Source: the human T2T-CHM13v2.0 reference genome, Homo sapiens
Direction: 5' to 3' (one strand)
DNA: 64,000 nucleotides
Assembly (NCBI RefSeq): GCF_009914755.1
Contig: NC_060929.1
Positions 45,414 to 61,340 of this stretch are shown piece after piece; the first letter of the stretch is position 1, and every line of letters begins with the position of its first letter. Below the pieces are notes generated by a model. It saw only the letters and a list, made by a program, of their open reading frames with translations, was not told where the DNA came from and searched no databases. A program made the translations under genes and the position numbers.

Positions 45414-47509
45414 ATGTAATAGCTGCCAGGTGTAATAAAGCCAAGCACAAGACAGGTCTGCCTATACTGAATTTGTTTTTAGCTAATATTTCCAAAGAAG
45501 AAACCACAGAATACTGAATATGGTGATGAAGTGTGAGTGAGCACATGGTCATCTGAATGTAAGCTGTGTACTTAGATCTGTACACAGAAATTGAGGCCAG
45601 AAAAGTTAAGACAACACAGCAGGGTAAATAAAGTTTTGAAAACTACTCCCTTTAATAGCTGGTTTTTTTTTTTTTCGTGAATGATTTGGACATTCTGATA
45701 TTTTATGGCCAGTGGAGTAGGCATACTATTTCTGCAAATTCAAAGATCAAGCTAATAATTGATTACCATCAATCATATCTCTTCTGCCACTCCTCAAACC
45801 CTAATCGATACTAGACCATCAAAGTAAAACAAAACAAAACAAAATAAGACAAAGAAACACAACATGACTTTCTTCACCCAAACTAAAATTGTATTCAAGC
45901 TTCTAGGTCAAAAAAACCCTACAGGCAGTTGGAAATGTTTATAGCAAAACTAGTATAAAAAATTACTTAGACATAATACCTTTTTCATGTTGTTTGTGAA
46001 TATTCTTTGTTTTATAGAATTGCTCCTGATTATAAATAACTCATTCACTACCCAATCTTCACCATTTTCATGGCTTTCAATTATTTTGTTATCTTTACTT
46101 TTATTTTCAAGAAAATATATACCTCTTCTTGCCAACACTTATAATATTCCCACTGAATTTTCATAAATCAGAAATGATAGGATTTATGTTGATAAAGCAT
46201 GACAACAGCAAACACATTGTAGACTGGCAATTACCCTGAGAGAAAATATTGAAATGACTGCACACAACTGCAAAGTCCTGTTCTTTGTATGCAGAATAGA
46301 AACAATTTTTGTTCTGCTTGTAAAATCTGTAGGTTGAGAAGTTTATGAATATAGGAGATTGTATATTCTGTGCCCTCAGGCCTCCTATCTCCTGAATGCA
46401 GATTGAAACGAGTCTTTCTTTTTCTACTGTTCATCCAGGAAGGGGTAAACAAGGACAACCGGGCTTTTCCTTTTTCCACTAAGGAAAGCAGCAGGCTCAG
46501 TGTGATGAATACTTCATTAATGTTTGGACAGTGCCTGAATTCTCCTATACAAGAAAATAATAAGAAACATTCATGAAAATATTCTTATTGGACTTCTCAG
46601 TGAGAAAATGCCTACAACCTACTGACCTCTCTTGTGACATTATATTCTAAGAGCTCTCAAAGACTTGGGACTTTAGCCAGTCTCTGGTTGGTGCCATTGA
46701 GCAGGTGGAGTGGGAACTCTCCTCTTCTCAACAAGGCTGTGCTGAGACAAACTCCTGCTGTCACAACACATTTTCTACTCAGGAAAAGAAGCAGATATCT
46801 TAATATTCTCATTTTTATATATTTCTTTTTGTAAACTCCCTTTTTCTCCCCCCTCCCCTGCCCCAACACTATGCTTTACTTTTCTTGGAATTGCACTGGT
46901 TCCTTATGTGCAAAGGAAGGGGAGAGTGTAGAGGGAACTTCTGGGTCTTAAAAGACATTGGTTACAAGCCTAGAAATTAGATGACAACAGCAAAAACAGG
47001 CAAATTGTAAGGTTGGAAATTAAACTCAAAATATACAGGAGAAGAGCTTGTATGCAGCATGGTGTATTGATTACTTATCTTTTGTTCTAGGTAGGCAAAA
47101 TTTTATAAGGTTACTTTTGTATAAAACCATGACAGTTATATTTTCCAAATTCAGTTTTATTGATGGCTTCAGAGAACTGAATGAGACTGAAAATGTGATC
47201 ACATTTCATTTGCCCCATAAATTAAGTAAAAAGTTGAGAAAATGTGTATTTTATAAGAGCTCAGATCTTTTATTAATACAGAAAAAATGGACAATAGAGC
47301 TACATAAAAATAAAAATCCATCCAGATAAATATGACTCCATTTACTAGATCATGTATTGCCTATTGACCAAGGATAACATTCTCAAGCGGAAGAGTTACT
47401 TGTGGTTGTAACATTGTTTTGTGTTATTATTTGTATTGCTCATACATTTTTACAGTTAAATGACTAGAACCATATGTTGCAAGATTTATGGAATGCTTTT
47501 GATATCAAA

Positions 47510-47737
47510 CAATGATTCTCAACAGGGGGTAATTTTGACCTCCCTGACTCCCTGCAGGGGACAATGTCTAGAGGTATTTTTGGTTGTCACAATTTCAGTG
47601 TATATTAGTGCTATTGGCTTCTTGAGGGTAGAGGCTAGAGATGCTACTAAATGTACTACAACGCACAAAACAGCTCCACAAAACAAAAAAATTATCCATC
47701 CTTAAATGTCGGTAAATGCCCTGGTTGAAAAACTCTG
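47510..47737. mobile_element. MER20 (hAT-Charlie)
   Basis: CAATGATTCTCAAC ... GGTTGAAAAACTCTG termini; GGGTAGAGGCTAGAGATGCTACTAAA core. Confidence 0.85.
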
Positions 47738-48926
47738 ATGTAACACATTTTGTCCATTGTTGTTTTGCATGCTTGTCAGCTGATGCATTCTGGCATTCCT
47801 GATTGGGAATTAAGTGGTATCCAGTAATTTTATTCTACAGTGAGTGCCATTTATATCAGGTTTTGCAGTAAAAGTACTTTTTTTATCCTTTACATGTAAA
47901 ATTGGCTCCTAATATAACACATAAATGTACTTTTTGTTTTATTTCAACTCTGCATTAACATTCCCATACAGTCTGTGCAGGATTATTAGGCCATTTATCC
48001 ATCAATGACATACTGTAAATTGACAACAAAATGCTTCTGCAAACATAGGTTGGAATATCAAGTTAATAATTTCATTACAAGGAAGTCCCAAAAATTTAAA
48101 TAAAGAATTCCAAGCTCTAAAACATGACTTTCTTTTAATGACATTTAATTTGCTCTGGTTTTCACAACCCTATAGAATAGGCAGTAACATTCTTAAACTT
48201 GGACCAAAGGTCAACTTTTTACTCAGCAGTTGCAGAATGACTGAACATAGTGTTCCTCTTTTCCAGCATCTCCTGCTTCACAAAGGGGCCATTTTGGGTG
48301 TGCACATAGCTGGCGGTGGGACTGCAGCTGAACCTATGAGTGGGTGTGAATAATCTTTCTGTGGGTTGAGTTGCACCCAAGAACAAAGTAAGACCTGAGC
48401 CTCAGAATGCAGCCTCTGTACTCTCTTTTAGAGAGTTTTATTTATCTTTAGGTTAAATAACATTCTAGAATATGTAAGCAAAGTCCCTGAGGTACATGGT
48501 ATAGTGGTCAGAACAGATTGTACAAAAGCAAAGATTGTATTAGGTATGTTGTGTGCTTAGTGTTCTATGAACATACCAGGATCTTACGCATTTTCAAAAA
48601 AATTTAGGTGTTCGGTCTATAAGCCAATCTGGGCAGGGCATAAATGTGATGCATCTGGAAGTATAAAGGTAAAATCATATCTAACATAGCTGGTGTGTTA
48701 AAAGGGCAAAAAAATTATTCTTAATCCCTATCTCCTTGGCTTTATGATCAAAGTTCACTGTGCATTGACATTTTAGAAATGAATGTGACAAAAATGTGTT
48801 TCTTTATCCTCTTTTCTATTCTATAGAGAAAACTAGTTGTCTAAGGTTGCTTTCTTTTGATTCATGATACAACATTCACAGTACGATCGTGTGTTCATTT
48901 TTTCCCACTTAGTCAATAAGGAGGTT

Positions 48927-49080
48927 GAAATATAGAACCTCAGAAATATCAGGTTCACTACAAAAATCGCTCAATCAAGGTTAAACTTTATTTGTAGAGA
49001 AATATAACCTCAGAAATATCAGGTTCACTATAAAAATTGCTCAATCAGGGTTAAACAGTTTCATTTTATTTCTGGAGAAA
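48927..49080. repeat. Two-copy ~72 bp tandem duplication
   Basis: AACCTCAGAAATATCAGGTTCACTA(C/T)AAAAAT(C/T)GCTCAATCA(A/G)GGTTAAAC occurs twice. Confidence 0.92.
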
Positions 49081-49429
49081 TAAAGCATATACCACCAAAT
49101 TTCAAAATATGTATACAAAATTGAAAATATAATGCAGATATTGATTTTAAGTCCTAGGTTATATTACTTTTGGAAACAGTTTAAAACATTTTAAGAGATT
49201 TAACAAAACCAAGACTGACTTATTTGCTTGAATGTTTCTCATATATGATGTGCTTTCTTATTGGCCTTCTTTCAAAGCAGTAGTTTTGAAATCAAACTCA
49301 TTGTCTTTATAGGGCAAGAATTATGAGGAAGAAGAAGGTATTGAGGAGATAAGGGAATATGATAACAATGGAATTTCCAATGCTTCTATGGTATAGTATT
49401 TGTCCATTTCTTAATGTTGATTTTTACTC

Positions 49430-52015
<2,586 letters not shown>

Positions 52016-52020
<5 letters not shown>

Positions 52021-52074
52021 AGTATCAATAATTTTCATAAGAGCCTAAAGTATCAATAATTTTCATAAGAGCCT
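52016..52074. repeat. Perfect 28-bp tandem duplication
   Basis: CCTAAAGTATCAATAATTTTCATAAGAG x2, followed by CCT. Confidence 0.95.
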
Positions 52075-52724
52075 CTTGCTTTTTCTTTGTTCCTCCTTTG
52101 GGTTTACAACTTTCAGGTTTGATTAATTCAAAAACACATACTTAAAAGATTTCTATGTTATTCCCCTCCTCCTTCTTTGCATGTATTAAAATAGTCAGTG
52201 TAAGACACTCTGTAAGGTCTTGTGGGGATAGAAGATTCTGTGATCCATGGTACTTCTTCCAGAGAGAGCTCAGCACTACTATAAAGTTGGCAGACTAGCA
52301 AATAAACAGGTTGCAAAAAGACAAATCTCCCCTAAAGCCCACCTTCATCAGTACACCGCCCTCCCTTTCTAGCTTGAATTCAAATTTTCACATTGGAAAT
52401 CACTATTATTTATGGTTGCAAATTACCTAAGCCCATTTATCTGCTTAGCTAATGTTAGGATTTTTTTTTAGCAAATTTCAGAGCTAAGTCCTGATGTTGG
52501 GCTACTATTCCTATGAACTAACAGCTAGATTGTTTGTTACAAGAAAAGAACATCTGAGACCAAATTATGCCAAAGGTGGAAACATTTATTAGTGAGGTGT
52601 CAAAAGCAAGCATGGATTCTGTACAAGTTCTGTTCTTGTAGCTTGGGTGAAACACCACATATACCCTTAAAGCTCCAGACTAGTACATGCATGCACAGTT
52701 TAATGTGAACTAGATGCAATGCTT

Positions 52725-52960
52725 TTCTTTCTTACTTTTTATTGAGATATAATTGCAATACAATCATAAACATTAGTTTGTTGAGTTTTATTAAATTCAT
52801 ATACCCATGTAACCATGTTCAAAATAAGACGTAGAACATTTCCTCCTCTTCAGAAAATAACCTGGTTCTCCTTCCCAATCATCCCCTGCCCCTGCCACTT
52901 CCAACAAGTGTTTGGTTTCCATCATAAATTAGTTCATCTGGATTTAAATTTCATATATGC
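52725..52960 (-). mobile_element. Old L1M 3' end fragment
   Basis: TTTTATTGAGATATAATT...ATACCCATGTAACCA...AAGACGTAGAACATTTCC. Confidence 0.7.
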
Positions 52961-54999
52961 AAGGATGCTCTGAAGCAAGCTTGTAGTCGAATTTGGAGAT
53001 TGAACCTCTGTGCAGTGGAGGGATACATACACTGCCAGATCAGCCATGTATTCTTACTCTTCCATTACACCAGAGAAGTGGGGCTGTGAAAACTTTCTAA
53101 CCCATTACATATCTTAAATAGCACTCATTTCATGGATGAAGATTATTTTTATACCCATTATATGAATTAACAAACCCTCTATCATAGATTTCAAGAAGAC
53201 TATGTGAAGTGGCTGTCCTGGGGAATATATTAAAGTGTTCACACTTTCATTGCATATTCAGAGACAGGGGATCCATAGAGGAAATTGTCTTCTGAAGGTC
53301 TTGCTCTTGCCTATTCCTTCTCTCTTTTTGAATAAATCCCGCTCACTTTTAACTATGCCATTTGATAGCCCCTTCCCAACTGCCATAGCAGAGTTTATTA
53401 TTTGTTCTGTTCCCCAAGGTTCTTTGTTCAAACCTTGATTATAGCATTATAAACAGTGAGTTTACCACAGAATACACCCTTTCTTGGCATGTCAATTTTT
53501 TTCTTCAGAGATTGTATCTTAGACATCTCTGTATTTTCCATGTCCATTGCTGTATCTTCCAGCACAGAATTCTAACTATAATTACAATGATGAATAGATG
53601 AAGAGTTAAAATACACAGTACCCAGGCTTTCTCAAAAATTCGTTTTTCAAAAATTCATGTCATTGTCTGTTGAGAATGAAATATTTTTTCTTTTTTGTTA
53701 TCAAGCCTTATTAATAGCTCCTTTTATTTCTTTGATCTTCAGGATTCTCATCTATAAAGCAGGCTTAAAATGCACATTATTTCTACAATTGAACAAATCA
53801 ACAAAAAAGTACATGTACGCAGCCCTCAAAACATTGCCCGAAACCAAACCTCAAAGCAACCGAAAACCAACTGGAATGAAACCTGTAAACCAACTTAGAA
53901 AATTAGCTAGATGAAAGAACAAGTTTCACTCATCATTTATCATCATATAGAACTTAAGAAACCAATGTTTGACTGAAGTTCAATTTTTTTCCCATTGATG
54001 ATAAACTAGTTGGTATATAGACATACATAAGCTTTCGCTCATGAAGACACTTCAGTTGCCTGTTGCCTCAAGTCTAACCGCTTTGTCTTTGGCTTTTAAA
54101 GTTCTCCATCAAAAGGTCCCACCCTCCCTCTCTACCTATTTTCTCACCATTTCCTAATATTCACCATTAACTTGAGTCAGGCTGGTGTTTTCTCTCTCTG
54201 TCCTCCTCATGCCTTGCTTATTTGGGAATAGAATATTTTCATTGGGGGTATTTTAACCACGAATGCTCTCTAGATGAGTGGGCCAGAATGATGCTACCAG
54301 ATCTTTACCAAGGCTTTAAAAAGAGATAGATGATGATGAAGTCTACACAAATAGTTTTCTTTTTTTTCCCTGTAATTTTATCTAGGATTTTCATTGCTTT
54401 CTTACCATGACAGGCCTCTTACTTTCCTCCTTTCATCTTCATTTGAGGTGTATTATAAGAGGATATAAAAGGTTAATCCTGTCAATGAATCAGCTAGAAT
54501 TCTTTGCAAGATTTGGAAGATTTCATCTCTACACTATTGAGATGACTGGCTTAGAATGAAAAGATTCCTAGAAAAGGATGTTTTGGATACCCATGACTAT
54601 CTTCTTCCTAGCCATGACTTTCACTTTGGAGTGATAGATAAAGCCTTCCTCTGAGTAGAAGGGCTTATGTATTGACATATCTTACCAGAAAAAAAAACTT
54701 CAGTCTAAATTTTATTTGCTTCTTAATGCACCAGAAAACATTAAAATTCTCAATGACTGTTGCAAGTAATCAATTAATTGATTCTAACTTGGTATAATCA
54801 AAATAAATTTTTTCTTAATTTCACATGTAAGACATGTGCAACTCTTTAACTAGAGAGGAAATTTTTTTATTGCCTAATGGATTCTTAGCACTAATTAGGC
54901 TTATACAATTATAGTTCAATGAATTAAAGAAGAATGCTACTGAGAAAATTAGCATACTAGTTAGGGTTTTAAATATGAAAAGGAGAATGCCTTTATCTA

Positions 55000-55662
55000 A
55001 AGAACTCTGCTCTTTTGTCTCCTTTTAACTCAGGAAAACACTCCATTTCTAGCTATATACTCCTTTCCTGCTTCACCTTTCAATCTCATGACTTCTTTTC
55101 TTCTGCCAAGGTCTCCTTTGAGCTATTTTCAACATAGAAACCAAAGTGAATCTAATAAGGTGCAAATCAAATTATGTCACTTCTTTCCTGAAAGCCTTCT
55201 TGTGACTTCCCATCTCACTCAGCCCTACAGCCTATCATGATCACTATAGTGATGTAGTGACATAGTTACATATAGTGATATAGTGACACAGTTATATATA
55301 GTGATATAGTGATAGCCTATCACTGTCTTCCTTGGCTGTAAGCAACCCTGACCTTCCTCTGAACATGACACTATATTTTCTGATGTTCTTCTCTAGATAA
55401 GTATTTTTAGGAGAATAGTTCAGAGCAAATGCAGTCAGTGCCTCTGATAACAAGATATGCAGAAATGTGAGAGACCCGTGGAAAATTGTTTCCCAACAAC
55501 TATGTATTTTATTATTTTTATTTGTTGTCTCTCTCTCTGGTTACATTTTAAACTCTATGAAACAGGGTTGTTTGTTTCCTGCCTTCCACTTGTATATTTC
55601 TAGCTTTTAGAAGAGTACCTAATAATAGATACTTAACATAGACTTGTTGATCAAATGAATCA
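55000..55662 (+). mobile_element. L2 3' region
   Basis: TGCAAATCAAATTATGTCACTTCTTTCCTGAAAGCCTTC...; ends TTGTTGATCAAATGAAT. Confidence 0.65.
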
Positions 55663-55857
55663 ATGGTGATTTCTTCTTCAACAGAGATTACAAAGGAAGT
55701 TGGCTGGCATACTGTTTTCAGTTCATGGTAAGAATATAAGGTAGGTTTTTACTATAAATAAAGATATTTAGCTATGAATCCTGTCTCCTACTGCTTAGGG
55801 CACTACCAACCTTATGGTAGGTACTTAGTAATTATTTGTTGAATAAGCGAAACTTGC

Positions 55858-55934
55858 TGTATTAGTCTGGGTTCTCCAGAGAAACAGAATCAATGGGATA
55901 GATAGATAGACGGATAGCTATAGACAGATACAGA

Positions 55935-55973
<39 letters not shown>

Positions 55974-56432
55974 TTGTGTAGTGTGTAGAGAGAGAGAGAG
56001 GGGGGTGCATTTACTATCATGAATTAGCTTATATGAATATTGAGACTGAGAAGTCGGAGATCAGCAGTTGGCAAACTTGAGATCCAGAAGAGCTAATGGT
56101 ATTAATTCTAGTTTGAGTCCAAAGACCTGAGAACCAGGATGTCCAATGGTGTGAGTTCCGGTTCAATTTCAAAGGCAGAAGAACAATGTCCCAGCTCAAA
56201 TATAGTCAGATGGAGATAAACAATTCTTTCTTACTCATCCTTTTCGTTCTATTCAGGCCTTCAAGAAATTGGGTAAGGGTCAGCCACGTTGGAGAAGGCA
56301 GTCTTGCAGACCAGGGATTCAAATGTAAATCTCATCCAGAAATACCCTCACAGACACAGCCAGAACTAATGTTTAACTAAGTATCTGGGCACCTCATGGC
56401 CCAGTCAATTTGACACAAAATTAACCCTCACA
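55858..56432 (-). mobile_element. MLT2-family (ERVL) solo LTR containing GATA/CT/GT/GA microsatellites
   Basis: TGTATTAGTCTGGGTTCTCCAGAGAAACAGAA ... AATTAACCCTCACA; perfect TSD CTTGC (55853-55857, 56433-56437). Confidence 0.9.
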
Positions 56433-58219
56433 CTTGCTATAGTCACACAAGTTTCCACAAATTATTAATGGAGACTAATAAGTAAATAATACTGTTATCA
56501 GGATCTAGTGTGCTCAGACTGTTGTGTACAGGGGCATCTTTACCCACAAAAATTTAGATAATCAATCATGACAGACAGAAATTTAGCCCTCCTTAGTTTC
56601 TCATGTCTGTTGATGTTGATATTAACATGGTCTTGCTAAATCAACTGAGAATAATGAATTCAGAACTATAAGGGGACAAGGCAATTATCTTTAAAATATA
56701 GGAAGGATGCTATAAAGTTTATCTCCAGATGTTTGATTGCCCATGGAGTTGACATGGTGATAGAAATAGAAGCATTGTACACTGAAAAACAAAATATCCT
56801 TGTTTCATTTTTATCAGATACCTAAAACATTTGAAAGTTTCGTAGGTAATGGGACTCAAAACAGGCAAGGTCAGGTCAGAGTTAAACAGAGAAGATTGTT
56901 TCTGCAAAACTGGAGCACTGTGGAATGTATATCTAGCTGAATTAGGAAAAGAAATGGAAAAAGGAAAGAAAATCACCGGTGTAGTTTATAACTCTGTGTG
57001 GGCTGAACCCAGCCATCCCTCTGTCTCTATTCACTTTAAGAGGTCAAAAAATCTGCTTTCTTTTTAACATCTCTTCTTTTTTTAACATGAACAAATAACA
57101 ATTTTAAATCTCCAATATCTGGATTATGGGACTGAATCTTTGTTATTTTCCTTGGACTTACAATCATGGAATATTATGTCTAAGATTATTTTTAAATAGT
57201 TCTTTTGAGAAGGGTGCTATTCAATATTTGATTTTTATTCACATCCAATAAAGTAGTGCCAAAAAATAAGTCAAAGGGAACAAATTATTTGACCTGCTTA
57301 ATTTTTAAATAAAGTGTTTGACAGTTAAATTTACACCTTCGTATGTACAATGTATTTTTAAATCAACCTCATAAAATGCAGTCATTATCTAGGTTTCTTC
57401 TAATAAAAAAAGTTTTCAAAATAGTTGTGTCGTTTCGTTGCTTTTTAGTTCTGAAAGAATCAGAACTTCATGCGTTAAAAGTTACCTAAGGTTATTATTT
57501 TTTTTAAATGGCTTTGATTCATTAAAATCTCACAAGACTTCAATTCACTTGAAGCTTTAACTTCCCTTTTGGTAAACTATTTATTACTTCCTGAGATTGG
57601 CCAATTTCCTAGGTACAAATGACTAGATTTCTAGAAATGGCACCTCAGTGAGTCATTGTTTGGGTCTGAAAATCCCATTTCCAGTGGTACAACATCAGGG
57701 ATAGTGGCACACCCATTATGAGACATATATTAGCAGAAATGAAGCATTTATGCATTAAAAAAATTTTTCCTAAGGCTTTTGGTGGAAAACTAAATAAGAA
57801 GTCATTCAGTGGGTATGGCCAAAGACTGGTTTGTGCAATGGGATTATGCAACTACATACTAGCAGTGTTTCAGGGAACAGTTCCAGAGAAACTATTGAGA
57901 AAAGATCTAGGGTAGGAGGTAAGAAGAGAGTTCAGTAGTTCAGTAGTTGCCAAGCCCAGTTACTAGGAGTCAGAACCGAAAAATCCCAAGGTCAGGTGGC
58001 ACAGATAACAGAATTAAAATTGTGAATGGGCAGCCACAATTGAGAACCAGATGACGCAAATACATCTGATAGGGACTAGGGAAATAAATAATAAGACGTT
58101 CTGATGAAACTGGCTAACACAGACTTCCAGGCTAAGATTACTAAAAAAAATAAGGCTTCACATGGTTCTCATAAAATTCAAATAAAACCTGTGTTTATAA
58201 AATTAAAAATCAAGGAGAG

Positions 58220-59720
58220 AATTTACATATTTGCAATTTTAAGCCTTTCCATCCATGAATATATCTCTATTTATTCAAGCCTGCTTCTAAGTGCTTTTAA
58301 CAAAATATTATTCCTTTAAATTCTTAAGGTTTTCTTTTCTTAAGTTTATTCCTGGCTGCATGATGATTTTGGAGTTGCTTTTGTTATCTATAAAGGACAA
58401 GAAATTCCCCTTCATGGGGAGGGATAGCATTGGGAGATATACCTAAGGCTAGATGACGAGTTAGTGGGTGCAGCGCACCAGCATGGCACATGTATACATA
58501 TGTAACTAACCTGCACAATGTGCACATGTACCCTAAAACTTAAAGTATAAAAAAAAAAAGAAAAAAAAAAGAACAAGAAATTTTAAATTATATTTTCTAA
58601 TTGGTTATTATTGGTGTGTAGGAATCTTATTAATTTTTATGTTGACTTTGCATCCTGCACACTCTGTGAAATCTACTAGTGAAATTTCCAAATAATCACA
58701 TAGATAGCCAGTACATATAATTTTGTTTCTTCATTTCCAATATATTTCTAAATTCCAAAATATTTTAAATATATTTGCATTGGCTAAGATTTAAAATCCA
58801 ATAGTGAAATTAGCATCTGCATTTATTTTCTGAATGTTTTAAAAATCATAGTTGTTTGAATTTTATGAAACACTTTTTTCTGCATTTATTATTATGACCA
58901 TGTGGTTTTCCCTCTCATCTGTTCATTAGTGTAATACTTAATATCTTTTATTATTGAGCACTTCTTATATTTCCAAAATAAACAGAAATAGGTCATGATG
59001 TATTATTTTCCACACAAGTTTGCTCATCTAGATAATATTTTATTTAGGATTTTGGCATATATATCAGATTGGTTTCTGAACTTAATTTGGTTTTAAATGT
59101 GCTTTATATGTGTAAGTGTGTCTTATTTCATTGCTAATTACATAAGTGTTTTATTTTATTAATTAGTCTTATTGGGTATTTTTCTATTTTATTTGCTTTT
59201 TCAGCAAATCAGATTTTTATTTCATTAATGCTTTTGTTTCTATGTTTTCTATTTCGCTAATACCTGTTCTTAACTTTATTATTTTCTTGCTTCAACTTTC
59301 TTATTTTTCCTAAGCTGCTGTGTTAAATGGTTAATTCATTTAGCTTTTTTAAAAAGTCATTTAGTTTTAAAGTATTTTCCTTTTCAAATAAATGAACTTC
59401 AGTGTACATATTTTCATTCTTGCAATTGTGAAAACTGGATCCCACTTTTTCTCTGTAGTACTTTCATTGTTATTTGTGTCTAAATGTTTCATAATTTCTA
59501 TCATAGTTTCCTTTTTATCTCATGAGCTACTTAGCAGAACATCTTAAAAGATGAAAAATTTATGTCATCTGAAGAGAAGTCAGAGTATCATTTTAAGGTT
59601 CTAATATGTTTGTGTGTGTGTTTGTGTTTACATATGTGTCTATTCCTTCCTATCTAAGTTGCTTGCATTGTGGGTAGAAAACAAAGTCTGTATGATATTA
59701 ATTACTTGAAATGTTCCGAG
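58220..59720 (-). mobile_element. Old L1ME-type fragments
   Basis: Degraded reverse ORF2-like motifs (TTCCATCCATGAATAT, GGTCATGATGTATTATT, TTTATTTAGGATTTTGGCAT). Confidence 0.6.
58407..58567 (+). mobile_element. Very short young L1 (L1PA2-like) 3' end, ~135 bp plus poly(A)
   Basis: GGGAGGGATAGCATTGGGAGATATACCTAAGGCTAGATGACGAGTTAGTGGGTGCAGCG...; TSD AAAG(G/A)ACAAGAAATT at 58392-58406 and 58568-58582. Confidence 0.95.
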
Positions 59721-60533
59721 ACATTCTGTGTTCTTTGGTTTCAATGTCTGGTTGGCAGTTCTAAGGTTGCTTCCATCCAAACTCATAGTCCAAAACAAGG
59801 TCTCATAATTATGGTTTAAAGTTTCTTCCCTGCAGTGATATTGAAGGATATAAGCAATCTAGAGACTACAGGTCTCTTGATTTAAAATTTTATTCCACAC
59901 TGTTTCTGTGTTCATTACCTCCTGAAGTCAGTTGCTCTATAGAAATAACCTTAGGAAGCAGTTGGGAATAGTTTGTTGCTGTTATTGTTGTTGTTGTTAA
60001 GTGTCTTTTCAAGGGATGGAGTAGGTGGTAGGAAATTTCTTTCCTGTCTGTAGCTGGAAACAGTGGTTTCTGACTCACCTGGAACAGTTTTGGTGTCTCT
60101 TGCTCATAGGACCTGAACCCTTAACTACTCTGCCTGCTTTTGGACACTTAGATGACCAATGGCTTTGGAACCCACTCAGTGTCTTCAATTTCTTTTCTGT
60201 TTCTGATTCAAAAAAAGTTTTACTTTGCTTTTGATCTTGTTATGCCCTTTTGCTTTTTCATTTCTATATTTTATTCCTATGTGTTTGGAATAGAGGGAGT
60301 GCATTAAAGCATAAACTTCTTGCACTCTATTGACTTTAATACTTTTATCTTTAAAACATTTTGAATTATTTTTGTGTACAACAGGAAGCGAAAATCTAAC
60401 TCTTGTTTTTTTTTTCCTCTCTTCAAAATAGATTAAAAGCATGTCACTTATTAGATAACTCATTCCATTCCGTGTGATTTAAAATATCACAAATGGTTGA
60501 CTTCAGGTTGAAACTGGTTTGGAACTCACAGAA

Positions 60534-60566
60534 CTGCTATTGCTACTGCTGCTGCTGCTGCTGCTT
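60534..60566. repeat. (CTG)n-like short trinucleotide repeat
   Basis: CTGCTATTGCTACTGCTGCTGCTGCTGCTGCTT. Confidence 0.8.
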
Positions 60567-60696
60567 CTTTTATCTTTTAGCATTAAAGTAATTTTGAAAG
60601 GGACAATATTTACAGTTTGATATAGTCGACAACTTCTCTATCATCTTACAACTGATTAAACTCATTCGCGTAAATTGCCCAACCCTTGAACACACA

Positions 60697-61340
60697 TTCA
60701 AGTGTACATGCGAAGGTTTGTTACATAGGTAAACACGTGTCATAGGGGTTTGCTGTACATATTATTTCATCATCCAGGTATTAAGCCCAGTACCCAATAG
60801 TTTTCTTTTCCGCTCCTCTCCCTCCTCGCACCTTCCCCCGTCAAGTAGACCCCAGTGTGTTTCCTTTTTTGTGTTCATAAGCTCTTATCATTTAGCTCCC
60901 ACTTATATGTGAGAACATGCTGTATTTGGTTTTCTCTTCCTTAGTTTGCTAAAGGATAGTAGCCTCCAGTTCCACCCATGTTCCCACAAAATACATGATC
61001 TTGTTCTTTTTTATGGCTGCATATTATTCCATGGTGTATATGTACCACATTTTCTTTATCTAATCTGTGATTGATGGGCATTTAGGCTGATTCCATGTCT
61101 TTCCTATTGTGAATAGTGCTGCAATGAACATTTGCATGAATGTGTCCTTGTGGTAGAATAATTTATATTTGTCTGGGTATATACCCAGTAAAGGGATTGC
61201 TGGGGCAAATGGTAGTTCTGCCTTTAGCTCTTAGAGGAATCACCATACTGCTTTTCATACGGGTTGAACTAATTTACATTGCCACCAACAGTGTGTAAGT
61301 GTTTCCTTTTCGCTGCAACCTCCCAGCATCTATTATTTTT
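60697..61340 (-). mobile_element. Older primate L1 (L1PA13-16-like) 3' fragment without poly(A)
   Basis: GTACATGCGAAGGTTTGTTACATAGGTAAAC...CATTTAGCTCCCACTTATATGTGAGAACATG. Confidence 0.88.

Larger units (their letters stand above)
42468..45464 (-). mobile_element. Tigger1 DNA transposon, near full length, transposase decayed
   Basis: TA|CAGGCATTCCTC ... AGGTCTGCCTA|TA termini; minus ORF pieces [65 protein letters not shown] are pogo/CENP-B-like transposase. Confidence 0.93.

Noticed and set aside
46700-46945. NF-kB-like (GGGAACTCTCC) and GC-box-like motif cluster
   Set aside because: The matches are non-canonical and expected by chance without chromatin data.
48927-49080. CRISPR-like repeat array
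   Set aside because: Only two adjacent copies with no spacers, in primate DNA.
60620-60697. Possible NUMT or structured RNA fragment
   Set aside because: I could not match it to mitochondrial DNA or any RNA family from memory; a BLAST search is needed.
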